Assembly: GCF_004010195.1 (NCBI RefSeq)
Contig: NC_057718.1
Coordinates: 68,248,401-68,312,400 of the forward strand
Source of the DNA: Chiloscyllium plagiosum
Lineage: Eukaryota
Length of the DNA stretch: 64,000 nt
Direction: 5' to 3'
The notes below the pieces were generated by a model that ran no database searches, had not been told where the DNA came from, and was given only the letters and a program-made list of their open reading frames with translations. This document shows, piece after piece, positions 1 through 13,880 of the stretch (positions are counted from its first letter, which is position 1; every line of letters begins with the position of its first letter). The translations under genes and the position numbers were made by a program.

Positions 1-854
1 CCTGACCTGCTGTGCTGTTCCAGCAATAAAGTTTCAACTGTCATGTTCACAGACTTGTCTATAAAACCCAAAGTGTCTTTAAAATTATGCCAGCCCATAA
101 TTGCATCATTAAGTATATATTGCTTCCCCTCCTTATTCTTTTCAAGTTCCATTACCTTGCACTTCTGTGTTAAATTTCATCTGCCACATCTGCTTAATTT
201 GTTGGTGTGTCCCTGTGCTCCTTTAAATAGTCTGCCGTTAACATCTTCATTGTTTAACACGTTTCACTTTTGCACCATCAGCAAAGTTTGAGATTGAGAT
301 TTCACCAAAAAGAATTTTGTTACTAATGTTGATCCCAGGCGACTCCATTGATTACTTCTCTCCAGTCTGGCAAAATAACCATTCACCACTGCTTTGTGTG
401 TCTCGATCAATTTTGTCTTCACAGCCTTTTCTCTTTAATTCCTTTGGGCTTCTGGCGAATAGAGATTAAAATCAAATGGAGAAAAGGGTTTATGACCCGC
501 AGCAAATCCAGAATCCAGTTGAAGTTGAGCCAAATACGACTGAGGTAGATGTTTAGTTGGCTAGTTTTTCAGTACCAGGTTTTATGTTTCTATGCTCAAT
601 CCTGCAATTCCTTGGCATAATTCCAGTATCTAAAGAGGGCAGACATTGTCACCATTTGGCCTCAGCAATTTCTGCCATTATGTAGTCCAAGACTACATCC
701 TATTTGAGATGGACAACTTTTCTACTCAAAACTCTCAACCTTTTACATAGCTCCTCTACCTATCCTATCTAAATGGTCTCCTGTTTACTCCTTTGCTTCG
801 CTTCACACAAATGCTAGACAGTGATCAACTCCAACAAGACAGCATTTAACCATC

Positions 855-1156
855 GGAAGATCGTATGAGGAAAGGCTGAGGCACTTGGGTTGTTTTCATT
901 GGAGAAAAGAAGGTTTTTGGGGTGACTTGATAGAGGTGTACAAGATGATTAGGGGTTTAGATGGGGTTGACCATGAGAACCTTTTTCCACGTATGGACTC
1001 AGCTATTACGAGGGGGCATAGCTTTAAATTAAGGGGTGGTAGGTATAGGACAGATGTTAGGGGTAGGTTCTTTACTCAGCGAGTCATGAGTTCATGGAAT
1101 GCCCTGCCAGTAGCAGTGGTGGACTCTCCCTCTTTATGGGCATTTAAACGGGCATT
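855..1156 (+). mobile_element. CR1 LINE 3' fragment
   Basis: GDLIEVYKMIRG...TRGH...FFTQRV..WNALP, the CR1 ORF2 C-terminus. Confidence 0.9.
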
Positions 1157-1159
1157 TCT

Positions 1160-1710
1160 TCAACAACCAGCACTGTGACTTTACGTGTCCCACCGTACCA
1201 CAGTGGAAACACCTGAGGCCTTTTGCCTTTTTTTCACCTTCTTGGGCTTCTATTTTCACCTGTGGTAAACTATTAACAGGATGCTCTACTCATTGTTTTG
1301 TAGTGTAGGATCTCCCCTTCTCCAAATTTCGATTCCTCACTGATTAAAATTCTTGACGGAAGCTAAGATTCACTTTATGCACCAATAAATATCCATCGTC
1401 TATGTCTGCAATTCTTCTCACGTCTTGAACTTTCAGTTCACCCACATGAATTCATATCATATCCAAAAATGAGTTTTTAAACTCCTCCAGCATAATAATC
1501 TCTCTTAGAACCTCATAGAGCATATATTTTTCTAAGGCCCACAACCATCGATCAAAATTACTATGTTTAATTCTTTTGAATTCAACATAAGTCTGACCTG
1601 GTTCCTCCTTTATGTTTCTGAATCACCGTCTATACGCCTCTGGTACCACTTCACAAGCACTCAAAATAGCCTTTTTGACATCTTCATAATCTCTTGACTC
1701 CTTATCTAAT
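1160..1710 (-). mobile_element. Second Gmr1-like gag fragment (SCAN-like region and zinc knuckle)
   Basis: Aligns with ~40390-40930; encodes VVPEAYRR*FRN and a CFHC..GHVK knuckle. Confidence 0.8.
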
Positions 1711-1759
1711 TGTTTTAAGAAATAACCTAATCCCGTAACCTAATCCCACAATGTTTTAA

Positions 1760-2700
1760 GGAATAATCTAATCACACATTGCTTTTTGGAAGTAATCTAA
1801 TCACTTGACATTGTTTTTGGGTGGCATGTGACTATGGGGGAGTGGCTGGGTGTTGTCTTGTGGGTATTACTGATGGTGATGCAAAGTCTTGTATAAAGGA
1901 AGAACTGGTCCCTTTGTTCACAAAGCTTTGCTTGGTATACTTTGCAAGCATTGTGAAGAGTGTTAAGTGATCCTCCAAAAGCTAGTACTTGCTGAAATAA
2001 ATTTTGGCTGTTCTCAGAAGTTGGCATATTGCAGTTGCCTCAAGGATGTAAGAATCTCAAGAAAAATAACCTAACATTTGGTGGCAGCGGTGGGATTCTA
2101 ACATACACATTATAGTTCTAACATTCTAGGTGGACTGAATAAGTGATCGTCTGAGTGCCAGTTGGAGAGAAGGATGGGCCCACGAGGTAAGATTTACCTT
2201 GATCTCTCTCCTTAACCTACCACTCTGTTGACTCCTTGACCCCTAGGTCTCTGTAGTGACAGAATCTCTGAGGTAACGTACACATCTGTATGCCAACGAA
2301 TTCGCTTTCAGAACCATAAGTTCACTGGGAAGGGAAGTTAGAGACCCCCTCGAATTTGGAGGTTTGAGTCCTCAGAACCATAAGTTACTGGAAAGGGAGG
2401 TTAGAGACCCCTAGAATTCGGAGGTCAGAGACTTCTAATCGTGAGGTTTAAGGCTCTGGAGCATAGTACATAAGATAAAGGATAACTACTGTGTCTGTCT
2501 CAACCACCCTACTTTAGACCGGTTGTTAAGAGGGGATATACACCATGTGAAGGTCAGGACCCTGAAGTGGATGTGGAGTCTGAGGACACTGGACAAGTAT
2601 ATAGAGATAAGTTAGAAAGTTGAAACTTTAAAAATGTGACAAGGTTTCCTATTACAGGTTTTAAATGCAACAATCTTTTATTTGCGTAAGTCTAGTCAGA
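1760..2700 (+). mobile_element. LTR/ERV-like element: LTR 3' part, tRNA-Leu PBS and leader
   Basis: TATAAA and AATAAA; LTR ends CTAACA at 2076; PBS TGGTGGCAGCGGTGGGATT at 2079-2097; donor-like GAG|GTAAG ~2186; ~60-bp leader tandem repeat 2309-2425. The LTR matches 26505-26822. Confidence 0.75.
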
Positions 2701-2940
2701 ACTTTTGTTGAGCTTTGTTATTGTAGCTTAAACAATAAACTATAGATAGCTGACAGTAGATAGAAAGTTCACATGGAAAAGGTTGATTATTATGAGACCA
2801 TGGGTCAATCAAAACCCAGATTTGTTTCTGAAATATTAAGTAATACCTCTTTGCTAGTTGAAGTTTTAATTGTCTGTGTTCACCGGGTATGGTCAATACT
2901 TGAAGATGCTTACAGCAACAGTCAAACTTGCAAGGGTTGA

Positions 2941-3130
2941 AGATTAGATTAGATTACTTACAGTGTGGAAACAGGCCCTTCAGCCCAACAAGTCCACACT
3001 GCTCCGCCGAAGCGCAACCCACCCATACTCGTGCAAACTCCACACAGTCAGTCGCCTGAGGCGGGAATTGAACCTGGGTCTCTGGCGCTGTGAGGCAGCA
3101 GTGCTAACCACTGTGCCACCGTGCCGCCCA
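2941..3130 (-). mobile_element. HE1-type V-SINE, internally deleted
   Basis: tRNA-like head GGCGGCACGGTGGCACAGTGGTTAGC...GGTTCAATTCC and (TCTAA)n tail. Confidence 0.9.
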
Positions 3131-3454
3131 CAATGAAACTATTGAAACTATTGAAAAATGGAAGGGAAAGCCATGCTAAAGATTTCCAGCATTTTTTAAA
3201 CCCCAATGGTGACCTGATACAACAGCAATGTCTTTATTCAGGAAGTAAGGAGTGAATTGGCAGAATATTAGTAATTACAGGGAACTGGTTTTATTTTGCA
3301 GGAATTGTGGGAGTGAAACCCAATATCATTTTAAGTAACTGTTTTGCCTTATTTGAATTAGGATCTCAATTCAGTGTGTTTTGTGGGATATGTAATAGGG
3401 CAGATTTTGTTTTTAAATAAATGTTATACAACATTAGGTCCTTTTTAAAATGAT

Positions 3455-4445
3455 CAAACATAGAGTCATTGAGATGTACAGCAGGGAAACTGACCCTTCA
3501 GTCCAACTAGTCCATGCTGACCAGATATTCCGACCTAAGCTAGTCCCATTTGCCAGCACTTGGCCCATATCCCTCAAAACCCTTTCTATTCATATACCCA
3601 TCCAGATGCCTCTTAAATGTTGCAATTGTACCAGCCTCCATCAATTCCTCTGGCAGCCCATTCCATGCACACACCACCCTCTGCATGAAAAAGTTGCCCC
3701 TTAGGTCCCTTTTATATCTTTCCCCTCTCACCCTAAACCTATGCCCTCTAGTTCTGGACTCTCCCACCCCAGGGAAAAGACCTTGTCTACTTTCAAGGAG
3801 ATATGAACCTGCACTCCAAGGTCTCTTTGTTCAGCAATACACCCTAGGACCTTACCATTAAGTGTATAATTCCTGCTCTGATTTGCTTCTCCAAAATGCA
3901 GCACCTCACATTTATCTAAAGTATACTCCATCTGCCACTCCACAGTCCATTGGCCCATCTGATCAAGATCCTGTTGTAATCTGAGGTAACCTTCTTCACT
4001 GTCCACTACACCACCAATTTTGGTGTCATCTGCAAACTTGCTAACTAGTCATTTATAAATGATGAAAAGTAGTGGACCCAACACCAATCCTTGTGGCACA
4101 CCACTGGTCACACACCTCCAGTCTGAAAAGCAACCCTCCACCACCTCCAAGCTAATTCCGTATCCAAATGGCTAGTTCTCCCTATAGTCCATGAGATCTA
4201 ACTTTGCTAACCAGTCTCCCATGGGAAACCTTGTCGAATGCCTTACTGAAGTTCATATGGATCACTTCCACTGCTCTGCCCTCATCAATTTTCTTTATTA
4301 CTTTTTTTAAACACTGCTCTGCCCTCATCAATTTTCTTTATTACTTTTTTTAAAAACTCAATCAAGTTCGTGAGACATGATTTCCAACAGACAAAGCCAT
4401 GTTGATTATACCTATTCAGTCCTTGCCTTTCAAAATGTAATCTTA
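3455..4445 (-). mobile_element. CR1 LINE fragment (RT and 3' end)
   Basis: QHGFV..KSCLTNLIEF, FADDTK, TRGHRFRVRG. Confidence 0.92.
4269..4354. repeat. Perfect 43-bp tandem duplication
   Basis: CACTGCTCTGCCCTCATCAATTTTCTTTATTACTTTTTTTAAA occurs twice. Confidence 0.9.
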
Positions 4446-5310
4446 AAACAAATTGATTGAGAGCCATAAGCCCCTGATTTGTTTGAAATTCTACTATGCT
4501 GTTTCAGGAACAATTGTGTCACTGGTCATGCTTTAGCCAGATGAGAGTGTTGTATTGAAATATCTTTGCTGCTTTTTTTATTGCAGTGTATTCACAAAAA
4601 GAAGAGTGCATTTTAATTTTGATGTTTTAAGATTAGAACTCGAGGCTGAGCTGTTTAGGTTCTGTCAATTATTGTTAAGATTTCATTGGCCCCTTTCATA
4701 TTGCAAATTCAAAGAATGCTAATCTCTAACAAAGTTGTACAATTACTGGTCTGTAACCACTGTCATTCTGACTGCTTTATTTGGGAAGTTAAATTTAAGA
4801 TGTCAGTTTGTCAGTAATCACACGTTCTAATGAAAAACAATGATCATGAAACTTTCAAAAACAAATTAGGACCATTTTTCTCATTAATGTTAGGCCTTGG
4901 ACAATCTCTGAAGTTAGATTTAATATGTATATATGTGGCAGTGGGTTATTGTTTGCTTTAACAGAGAAATTAGAGAGTTTTCATTTGAAGAAAATATTAT
5001 AATACATTCTGCATTTGTTTCCATAAATCTTTGAGATTTAAATCTGAACTGAAACTGCCTCTTCAATGGCTAAAGCACAGGAAACATTTTGTTGTTTTCT
5101 TACTATTCCAGATTTTTGAAATACTTTTCCTGACAGCCTTCACATTAGCCAAGTATCAATTTGTCAAAGGAAAATAATTTTTGAATCACCTGAATTGGGT
5201 CCCCCAAGGGTTTGATTTTAGGACCACTGGTGGTTGTTTATAAATGACTGAATTGTTTATGCAATACAATTTAGAAGTTTATGGGTTATATAAAACATTT
5301 TGGGATTGTT

Positions 5311-6708
5311 AGACCTAAGGGGCAACGTGTTCATGCAGAGGGTGATGCATGTGTGAAATGAGCTGCCAGAGGAAGTGGTGGAGGCTGGTGCAATTGTAAT
5401 ATTTAAAAGGCATCTGCATGGGTATATGAATAGGAAAGGTTTGGAGGGATTTGGGCCAAGTGCTAGCAAGTGGTGGGCAAGTTGTTGGAGGGAATCCTGA
5501 AGGACAGGATGTACATGTATTTGGTAAGGCAAGGACTGATTAGGGATAGTCAACATGGCTTTGTGCATGGGAAATCATGTCTCACAAATTTGATTGAGTT
5601 TTTTGAAGAAGTAACAAAGAAGATTGATGAGGGCAGAGCGGTAGATGTGATCTATATGGACTTCAGTAAGGCGTTCGACAAGGCTCCCCATGGGAGATTG
5701 ATTAGCAAGGTTAGATCTCATGGAATACAGGAAGAACTAGCCATTTGGGTACAGAACTGGCTCAAAGGTAGAAGACAAGAGGGTGATGGCGGAGGGTTAT
5801 TTTTCAGACTGGAGCCCTGTGACCAGCAGAGTGCCATAGGGTTGTTGCTGGGTCCTCTACTTTTTGTCATTCACATAAATGATTTGGATGCGAGCATAAC
5901 AGGTACAGTTAGTAAGTTTGCAGATGACACCAAAATTGGAGGTGTAGTGGACAGCGAAGAGGGGTACCTCAGATTACAACAGGATCTTGACCAGATGGGC
6001 CAATGGGCTGAGAAGTAGCAGATGGAGTTTAATTCAGATAAATGCGAGGTGCTGCATTTTGGGAAAGCAAATCTNNNNNNNNNNNNNNNNNNNNNNNNNN
6101 NNNNNNNNNNNNNNNNNNNNNNNNNNNNNNNNNNNNNNNNNNNNNNNNNNNNNNNNNNNNNNNNNNNNNNNNNNNNNNNNNNNNNNNNNNNNNNNNNNNN
6201 NNNNNNNNNNNNNNNNNNNNNNNNNNNNNNNNNNNNNNNNNNNNNNNNNNNNNNNNNNNNNNNNNNNNNNNNNNNNNNNNNNNNNNNNNNNNNNNNNNNN
6301 NNNNNNNNNNNNNNNNNNNNNNNNNTGACATTATAGAGGTTTACAAAATTATGAGGGGCATGAATAGGATAAATAGACAAAGTCTTTTCCCTGGGGTCAG
6401 GGAGTCCAGAACTAGAGGGCATAGGTTTAGGGTGAGAGAGAAAAGATATAAAAGAGACCTAAGGGGCAACCTTTTCACACAGAGGGTGGTACGTGTATGG
6501 AATGAGCTGCCAGAAGAAGTGGTGGAGGCTGGTACAATTGCAACATTTAAAATGCATTTGGATGGGTATATGAATAGGAAGGGTTTGGAGAGATATGGTC
6601 CGGGTGCTGGCAGGTGGGACTGGATTGGGTTGGGATATCTGGTCGGCATGGGCAGGTTGGACCGAAGGGTCTGTATCCATGCTGCACATCTCTATGACTA
6701 TGACAATG
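5311..6708 (+). mobile_element. CR1 LINE fragments spanning a gap
   Basis: ORF 5470-6018 has YMDFSKAFDK and FADDTK; 3' tail (CTATGA)n. A separate 3'-end piece (5311-5470) precedes it. Confidence 0.92.
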
Positions 6709-6756
6709 ACATAAATAGTGAAACATCATCTCTAGAGTTTCTCCATTCACATCTTA

Positions 6757-7032
6757 AAAATGTGTTGCTGGAAAACGCAGCAGGTCAGGCAGCATCAAAG
6801 GAGAAGGAGAATCGACGTTTCGGGCATAAGCCCTTCTTCAGGTATGAGGAGGGTGTGCCAAGCAGGCTAAGATAAAAGGTAGGGAGGAGGGACTTGGGGG
6901 AGGGGCATTGGGAATGCGATAGGTGGAAGGAGGTTAAGGTGAGGGTGATAGGCCGGAGAGGGGTTGGGAAGAAGATTGCAGGTCAAGAAGGCGGTGCTGA
7001 GTCTGAGGGTTGGAACTGAGAAAAGGTTGGGG
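6757..7032 (-). mobile_element. Penelope-like (Neptune-type) 3' end / pLTR
   Basis: Same terminal sequence as 39035-39325 and 31800-32117; contains a hammerhead core. Confidence 0.8.
6811..6844 (-). ncRNA. Minimal hammerhead ribozyme motif in a PLE terminus
   Basis: CTGAAGA-A-GGGC(TTAT)GCCC-GAAA-CG-TC: intact core boxes, stem II, and a palindromic ACGT stem III. Confidence 0.7.
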
Positions 7033-7534
7033 NNNNNNNNNNNNNNNNNNNNNNNNNNNNNNNNNNNNNNNNNNNNNNNNNNNNNNNNNNNNNNNNNNNN
7101 NNNNNNNNNNNNNNNNNNNNNNNNNNNNNNNNNNNNNNNNNNNNNNNNNNNNNNNNNNNNNNNNNNNNNNNNNNNNNNNNNNNNNNNNNNNNNNNNNNNN
7201 NNNNNNNNNNNNNNNNNNNNNNNNNNNNNNNNNNNNNNNNNNNNNNNNNNNNNNNNNNNNNNNNNNNNNNNNNNNNNNNNNNNNNNNNNNNNNNNNNNNN
7301 NNNNNNNNNNNNNNNNNNNNNNNNNNNNNNNNNNNNNNNNNNNNNNNNNNNNNNNNNNNNNNNNNNNNNNNNNNNNNNNNNNNNNNNNNNNNNNNNNNNN
7401 NNNNNNNNNNNNNNNNNNNNNNNNNNNNNNNNNNNNNNNNNNNNNNNNNNNNNNNNNNNNNNNNNNNNNNNNNNNNNNNNNNNNNNNNNNNNNNNNNNNN
7501 NNNNNNNNNNNNNNNNNNNNNNNNNNNNNNNNCT

Positions 7535-8365
7535 AATTTAGTATCCAGTTGACCAAATTTCCCAGTATCCCATGCCTCCTTACTTTCTGAATGAGCCTAC
7601 CATGGGGAACCTTATCAAATGTCTTGCTAAACTCCACATACATCACATCCACTGCTCAAAGCACCATTCATCAATGTGTTTTGTCACATCTTCAATGAAT
7701 TCAATAAGGCTTGTGAGGCATGACCTTCCCCTCACAAAGTCATGCTGACTATCTCTAATCAAACTATGGTTTTCAAAGTAATCATAAATCTTGTCTCTCA
7801 GACTTCTCTCCAATAATTTGCCCACCATGGACGTAAGACTGGCTGGTCTGTAATTCCTAGGATTATCCCTATTCCCTTTCTTGAACAAGGGGATAACATT
7901 TGCCACCCTCCAGTCATCTGGAACTACTCCAGTGGACAGTGAGGATGCAACGATCATTGCCAAAGACACAACAATCTCTTCCCTCTTTTCCTGTAGTAAC
8001 CTTGGGTATAAAGAGCTTATGCCCGAAACGTCGATTCTCCTGTTCCTTGGATGCTGCCTGACCTGCTGCGCTTTTACAGCAACACATTTTCAGCTCTATA
8101 TCCCATCTGGCCCGGGGATGTATCTATCCTTATGTTTTTCAAAATTTTCAGCACACCCTCTTTCTTAACATCAACCTGTTCAAGCATATCAGCTGTTTCA
8201 CCCTTTCCTCACAAATGTCAAGGTCCCTCTCGATAGTGAATACTGAAGCAAAGTATTCATTAGGGACCTCCCCTACTTCCTCCAACTCCAGGAACAAGTT
8301 ACCTCCACTATCCCTGATCGGCCCGACCCTCACTCTGGCCATCCTCTTGTTCCTCACATAATTCA
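7535..8365 (-). mobile_element. CR1 LINE fragment with a short PLE-terminus insert (~8010-8097)
   Basis: PDDWRVANVIPLFKKG..NYRP.SLTS, SCLT.LIEF. Confidence 0.88.
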
Positions 8366-8710
8366 TAGAATCCTTACAGTATGGAAACAGGTGCTTTAGC
8401 CCAAGTCCACACCAACTCTCCAAAGAGTAACCCACCCAAACCCATTCCCCTACCCTATTATCCTATATTTATCCCTGACGAATGCACCTAACCTACACAC
8501 ACCTGAACTCTATGGACAATTTAGCATGGCCAATTCACCTAACCTGCATATTTTTGGATTGTGGGAGGAAATTGGAGCGTCTGGAGGAAACCCACACAGA
8601 CATGGGAGAATGTGTAAACTCCATACAGACAGTCACCCGAGGCTGGAATGGAACCTGGGTCTCCAGCCATCTGAGGCAGCAGTGCTGACCACTGAGCCAC
8701 CGTACCACCC
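8366..8710 (-). mobile_element. HE1-type V-SINE
   Basis: tRNA head plus V-domain (GGGTTTCCTCC...TTTCCTCCCACAATCCAAA). Confidence 0.88.
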
Positions 8711-10477
8711 ATAAGTGTAGAAAACCCTCACTTGCAAATATATTGCTATTCCTTCTGTGTTTTTGGGTCGAAATCCTAGAACTGACTCTTGAGAGCATTG
8801 TGGATGTGCCTACACTCAATGAACCAGTTGAGGAAGGCAGCTCACCATATTCTTGAAAGAGATTAAGGGTGGGCAATAAATGCTGACCCAGCCAGGGGCA
8901 CCCACATCCTATAAATTAATTTTTAAAAACCCTCTTCAGCTGTGATGAAGAGTCATCTAGACTCAATATTAGCTTGCTTTATCTCCATGGATGCTGCCTG
9001 ACCCACTGTGATCTCCAGCATTTTTTGTTTTCAGCTAATATTCCCTTGATTGTCTTAACTTGTATTAAAATATACCTTGGGATGTTTCATTACATGAAAG
9101 TTGCTATATAAATGTAAGTTTTATTTTTGTGATCAATTATTACATTCTCAGGCACATTTAAGAATAGAATAGAATCTCAACAGTGTGGAAGCAGGCCATT
9201 TGGCCCATTCAAGTCCACACTGACCCTCCAAAGAGCATCCCACCCAGACATTGTACATTGTTCTATTCCATTATAAACCTAATAATTTTGTGATCAACTT
9301 TCATAAATGGCTTCCCCCAGCTGTGATCCATTTTCCTCTAGTTTCCTACCAGGTAATTACATGTTAATAAATTGTCTTTGCTGGTGTCCTGTAAATATAG
9401 ATAAATAAGAAATTCATTAGCTCCATGGATAATTGATAAATATTTCTTACTTAGTGGAAAGGTTTTGATCCCATTTTGACCTTGAATGGGGCAGATATGG
9501 AGACTGAGAAAACCATTATTTTGCAATAGATCATTGAAAGGGGGTCAGATAATTTTAAAAGAGAAATCTGTGAAGGCTTTCATCAAAAACACAAAATTGG
9601 AAGACCATTCATTTCAGTGAGGTGAAGGGAAGTCTGGCATGGTGGATTGTAATCAAGGACTGGTAACTAACACAGAACACAGACATTCAAAACATTGACA
9701 GTTCAGATCCAGACAGGATACATACCCATGAAAGTGAAGGAATGTCATCCAAAGCTGGAATGACTCGCATTAATAAAAGGTATAGAGAAAATAAAAGTTA
9801 AAAGGGAAAAAATGATACATTTTGTGTATAAAATTCAGCAGAGAACAACGTTGAATCCAGAAATACCAGAGAAGTGAAAACAGGATGAAAGAGTGAGGAT
9901 GCACGTCAAAACATATTGGCACAGTGGCTCAGTAGTTAGCACTGCTGCCTCACAGCGCCAGGGACCCAGGTTTGATTCCAGCTTCACGAGGCTGTCTTCC
10001 CATGTCTGCAAAAACACAAGCGGAACAGTTGGAAAGAATCTAGTTTATGTGCAGGACCATGGTGTGTTCTTTATTTTGGATCATTACACAAAGATTAACT
10101 GTTCTGTTTGATTAAAGGGAGTCTGATCTTAACTGTTTTCTCTAGATTCTGCTTTGTGTGGATTAAAGCAGATTATCAGCTCGTTTCAGGTTTTGTCACA
10201 CCAAGTACTTGCTTCGTGTTCCTTCTGAGAAAATGAAGAAGCATTTGTACAAAGGTTAGAGCACCCAAGCCAGGTCTCTCTCTCATGCTATTATTGTGTC
10301 CCTGGGATACACTAGTAAGCTGTTATCAGGAAGTACATACAAAATTAGATGTTCAAGCTGCTTATGGAAGCAATTGACAAAATTGAACCAGTGAGGGTAT
10401 CTTTTGCATTACATATCAATTTAAAAAGAGCTAACTCATCATGGAAAAGGCATTGAAACTAACGTCTGTTTTGGCTC

Positions 10478-10990
10478 TCAAAGTTAAAAGCCACATAACA
10501 CTAGGTTATAGTCCAACAATGCTTTCGAGGCGCTGCCTCTCCATCGGGTGGTTGTGGAACATGACTATATGACACAGAATTTATAGCAAAAGGGTTACAG
10601 TGTCATGGAATTGTAATGATATATTAAACAACGTTAATTTTAAAAATCACACAACACCAGATTATAGTTCCTAAACAAATTTAGATTAAGTTTTTCAACT
10701 TTTAGAATGGGATATGGTGGTTTAGGTTCTTTAATATGTAAATCCCAGAATTACATTCTCAAAATGGTATCAGCTTATCTAATAATAAGTGATATCTGCG
10801 CTCTGACAATGTATTAAGTGTTTGAAGGTAAATACTGTACTAATGTTGAGTCAATTCTATTTCTAAGGTGAGTTTGCAGAATCTTACTGCATTTATGCAG
10901 TTTTTGAGCAAAATAAAATAGTATCACCTGGTGTTGTGTGATTTTTAACTTTGTCCACCCCAGTCCTACACTGGCACACCAAATCATGGC
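10478..10990. mobile_element. Decayed Penelope-like terminal repeats in inverted orientation
   Basis: CAAAGTTAAAA..CACA.AACAC.AGGTTATAG at 10479 and ~10642; reverse complement at 10926-10955; related to 14362-14770 and 43070-43220. Confidence 0.55.
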
Positions 10991-12124
10991 TATCAGAAGT
11001 TCACTTTAGCTGAGTTGAGAATTATCACTTGATGTTTTATTGAAGTTATTATAGTATTTGATGCAAAATGAAGGATTTTAAGGATTATGTTCATCTGTCT
11101 TGAACTTTTAATTCTTAGGCAGATGCTGTTCCACTGGTGCAGTTCATTTGGTCCCTAATATAACTTTAATACTAGGTTACACTTGACTTGTTATTTTTTT
11201 ACTCTTAATTATCTAATATTTTCAGTGTAGAAATAGACTATTGGCCCATTTGAACTATGTCTGTTGATTTTGCTCCACCTGAGCTTTCTCCGATTTATTT
11301 TATCTTGTCTTATCTGCATATCTGTCTGTTCCATTCTCCTTGTGTTTATCTACCTTTCCCTTAAAAGCATTTATACTTTTCACTTCCATTGCTTTTTCCG
11401 GATGAGAATGTAAAAACAGATTCCAAACTGTTAGGGTGCAACCTCATTTGGCATCACTGAAGCAATTCCTTTGAGACTTTAACATACACAAGAACTGAGG
11501 TCCAATTAGTGTCCAGCACTTGAATTCTCTCTGTCTTCAGCCATGTATACCTATCTATGGCCACTTCACTGAGTCTTCAAGCACAGCACCAACCATGAAT
11601 TCAGCAGTGCTTTCAAGTTGAAGAGTGGCCAGTTTGGATCCAACTGCAGAAATGACCTGGGCTCTAAAATCAGCAGCCTCAAGACTGTCAATGAATTTCA
11701 GCTCAGATGAAGTAATGGACTGGTGATAATTTTAATAATAAGCACTCACATCCAAATTCATTTGTTGTCATATGTTGATCTATAATATGCAAACTTCAAT
11801 AATTATATGCCTATGTTCTATTTTTTATTAGCATTTAGGTTTTTGTGAATTCTCAAGTGTAGAATGGGACCACATTATAAAATATTTTGGGAAGTGCTGT
11901 TTAAGTAAATATATGAAACAATACTGCAATCTAAATAAATGGGATATAAAGGGGAAAAATGTTTTCAAAATAATTTCAAAAAAATAAAGTAATGGTGTGG
12001 ATTTCTGTATGAGAGAGGACTTTCATAGATCCCATAGAAAGATTATGAAGATTAGTGAAGACAAGACTGAAATGAGATTTGATGGAGATACTCAAAATCA
12101 CAAGGATTGGGACAGAATAGATAA

Positions 12125-13320
12125 ACATAGAACATAGGATTGTACAGTACAGGAACGGGCCTTTTGTGCCGAACATAATGCCAAATTAAACTAATCCCTT
12201 CTACCTGCCCTTGGTCCATTATCTCTCCATTTCTTACATATTTATGTGCTTATCTAAAAGTCCTTTAAATGTCCCTATCATATCTGCCTTCACCAGCACC
12301 CCTGACAGTGTGTTCCAGACTCCTACCACACTCTGTGTAAAGAAACTTGCCCCTCATATCTCCTTGGAACTTGCCCCCCTATCATCTTAAATGCATGCCC
12401 CCTAGTATTAGACATTTCAACTCTGGGAATAAAATTCTGACTGGCAACCCTACTTATGCATCTTATAATTTTACAGACTTCTATCAAGTCTCCTCTTAGC
12501 CTCTGCCACTCCAGAGAAAACAACCCAAGTTTTTCTAGCCCCCCCTTATACCTCATACCCTCTAATCCAGGCAACAACCTGGTAAAACTCTTCTGCACCC
12601 TTGTCAAAACCTCCACATCCTTCCTGTAATGTGGTGACCAGAATTGAATGCAATGCTCTTAAGTATGGCCTAACCAAAGTCTTATGAGGCTGCAATATGA
12701 CATCCTGACTCTTGTACTCAGTTCCCTGACCAATAAAGGCAAGCATGCCATATGCCTTCTTTACCACACTGTATATTTGTGTGGCCACTTTCAGGGAGCT
12801 ATGGACTCGAACTCCATTAATTGTATACTTTTCCTTAACATTTAATCTTCCAAAGTGCAGCACCTCAAATTTACCCAGATTAAACTCTTCCTATCATTTC
12901 CCTGCCCATATTTACAACTGATTTATATCTTGCTGTATCCTTTGACAATCTTCCACATTAAGCACAACTCCACCAATCTTTGTATCATATGAAAACTTAC
13001 TAAGCCACCCTTCTACATTTTCACTCAAATCATTTATGTATATCACATAGAGCAGAGGTCCCAGTACGGATCCCTGCGGGACACCACTAGTGACGGACCT
13101 TCAGCCTGAAAAACACGCTTTTGCCACTACTGTCTGGCAAGCCAATTCTGAATCCAAGCAGCTAGGTCACCATGGATTCCATGCATCTTAATCTTCTGGA
13201 TGCGCTTACCATGAGGGACCTTGTCAAAAGCCTTACTAAACTCCATGTAAACAACATCCACTGCTCTACCCTCATTGATCACCTTTGTCACCTCCTCAAA
13301 AACATCAATCAAGTTAGTAA
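12125..13320 (-). mobile_element. CR1 LINE fragment
   Basis: YMEFSKAFDKVPH, LRGDLIEV, NTRGH. Confidence 0.9.
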
Positions 13321-13604
13321 GGAGAAAGTGTTCCATTTGCGGAAAATCCAAGAATCAGACAGCACAGATTTAAAGAAATTAGCAAAAAAAAACAAAGGTG
13401 ATATGAGGAATTGTTTTTAATGGTTTGAGTAATTAGATTCCAGGATACAGTGACTTACTATTTGATGTCAATTGAGCCTTTCAAAATTGGAATTTGGTTA
13501 GTATCTAAAAAGGAAATTAGTTCAGGGTTGTGGGGAAAAGGTGTGTGCTACTAGGTGAATAGAGAACCAGGATAGAAATGCTGAATGAACACCACCTGTG
13601 AATT

Positions 13605-13880
13605 ATAGATTTCCACAGTGTGGGAGCAGGCCATTCAGCCCATTGACTTCACACCAGCCCTCCAAATAGTATCCTACCCAGATCGACCCCCTTACCCTCC
13701 CCCCACCCCCGCATTTTTCATGGCTAATCCACCTAGCCTGCTCATGTTTGGACTGCGGGAGGAAACCAGAGCAGACACGGGGAGAATGTGCAAACTCCAC
13801 ACAGACAGTTGCCGGAGGCTGGAATTGAACCCTGGTGCTGTGAGGCAGCAAAGAACCACTGAAACACCATGCAGCCCCTG
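13605..13880 (-). mobile_element. Diverged HE1-like V-SINE
   Basis: V-domain TGTGTGGAGTTTGCACATTCTCCCCGTGTCTG. Confidence 0.8.

Noticed and set aside
2309..2425. Direct repeats considered as a CRISPR-like array
   Set aside because: Only two units, no unique spacers, inside a vertebrate LTR-element leader.
5871..7552. Long ORFs containing X runs
   Set aside because: Artefacts of translating N gaps.
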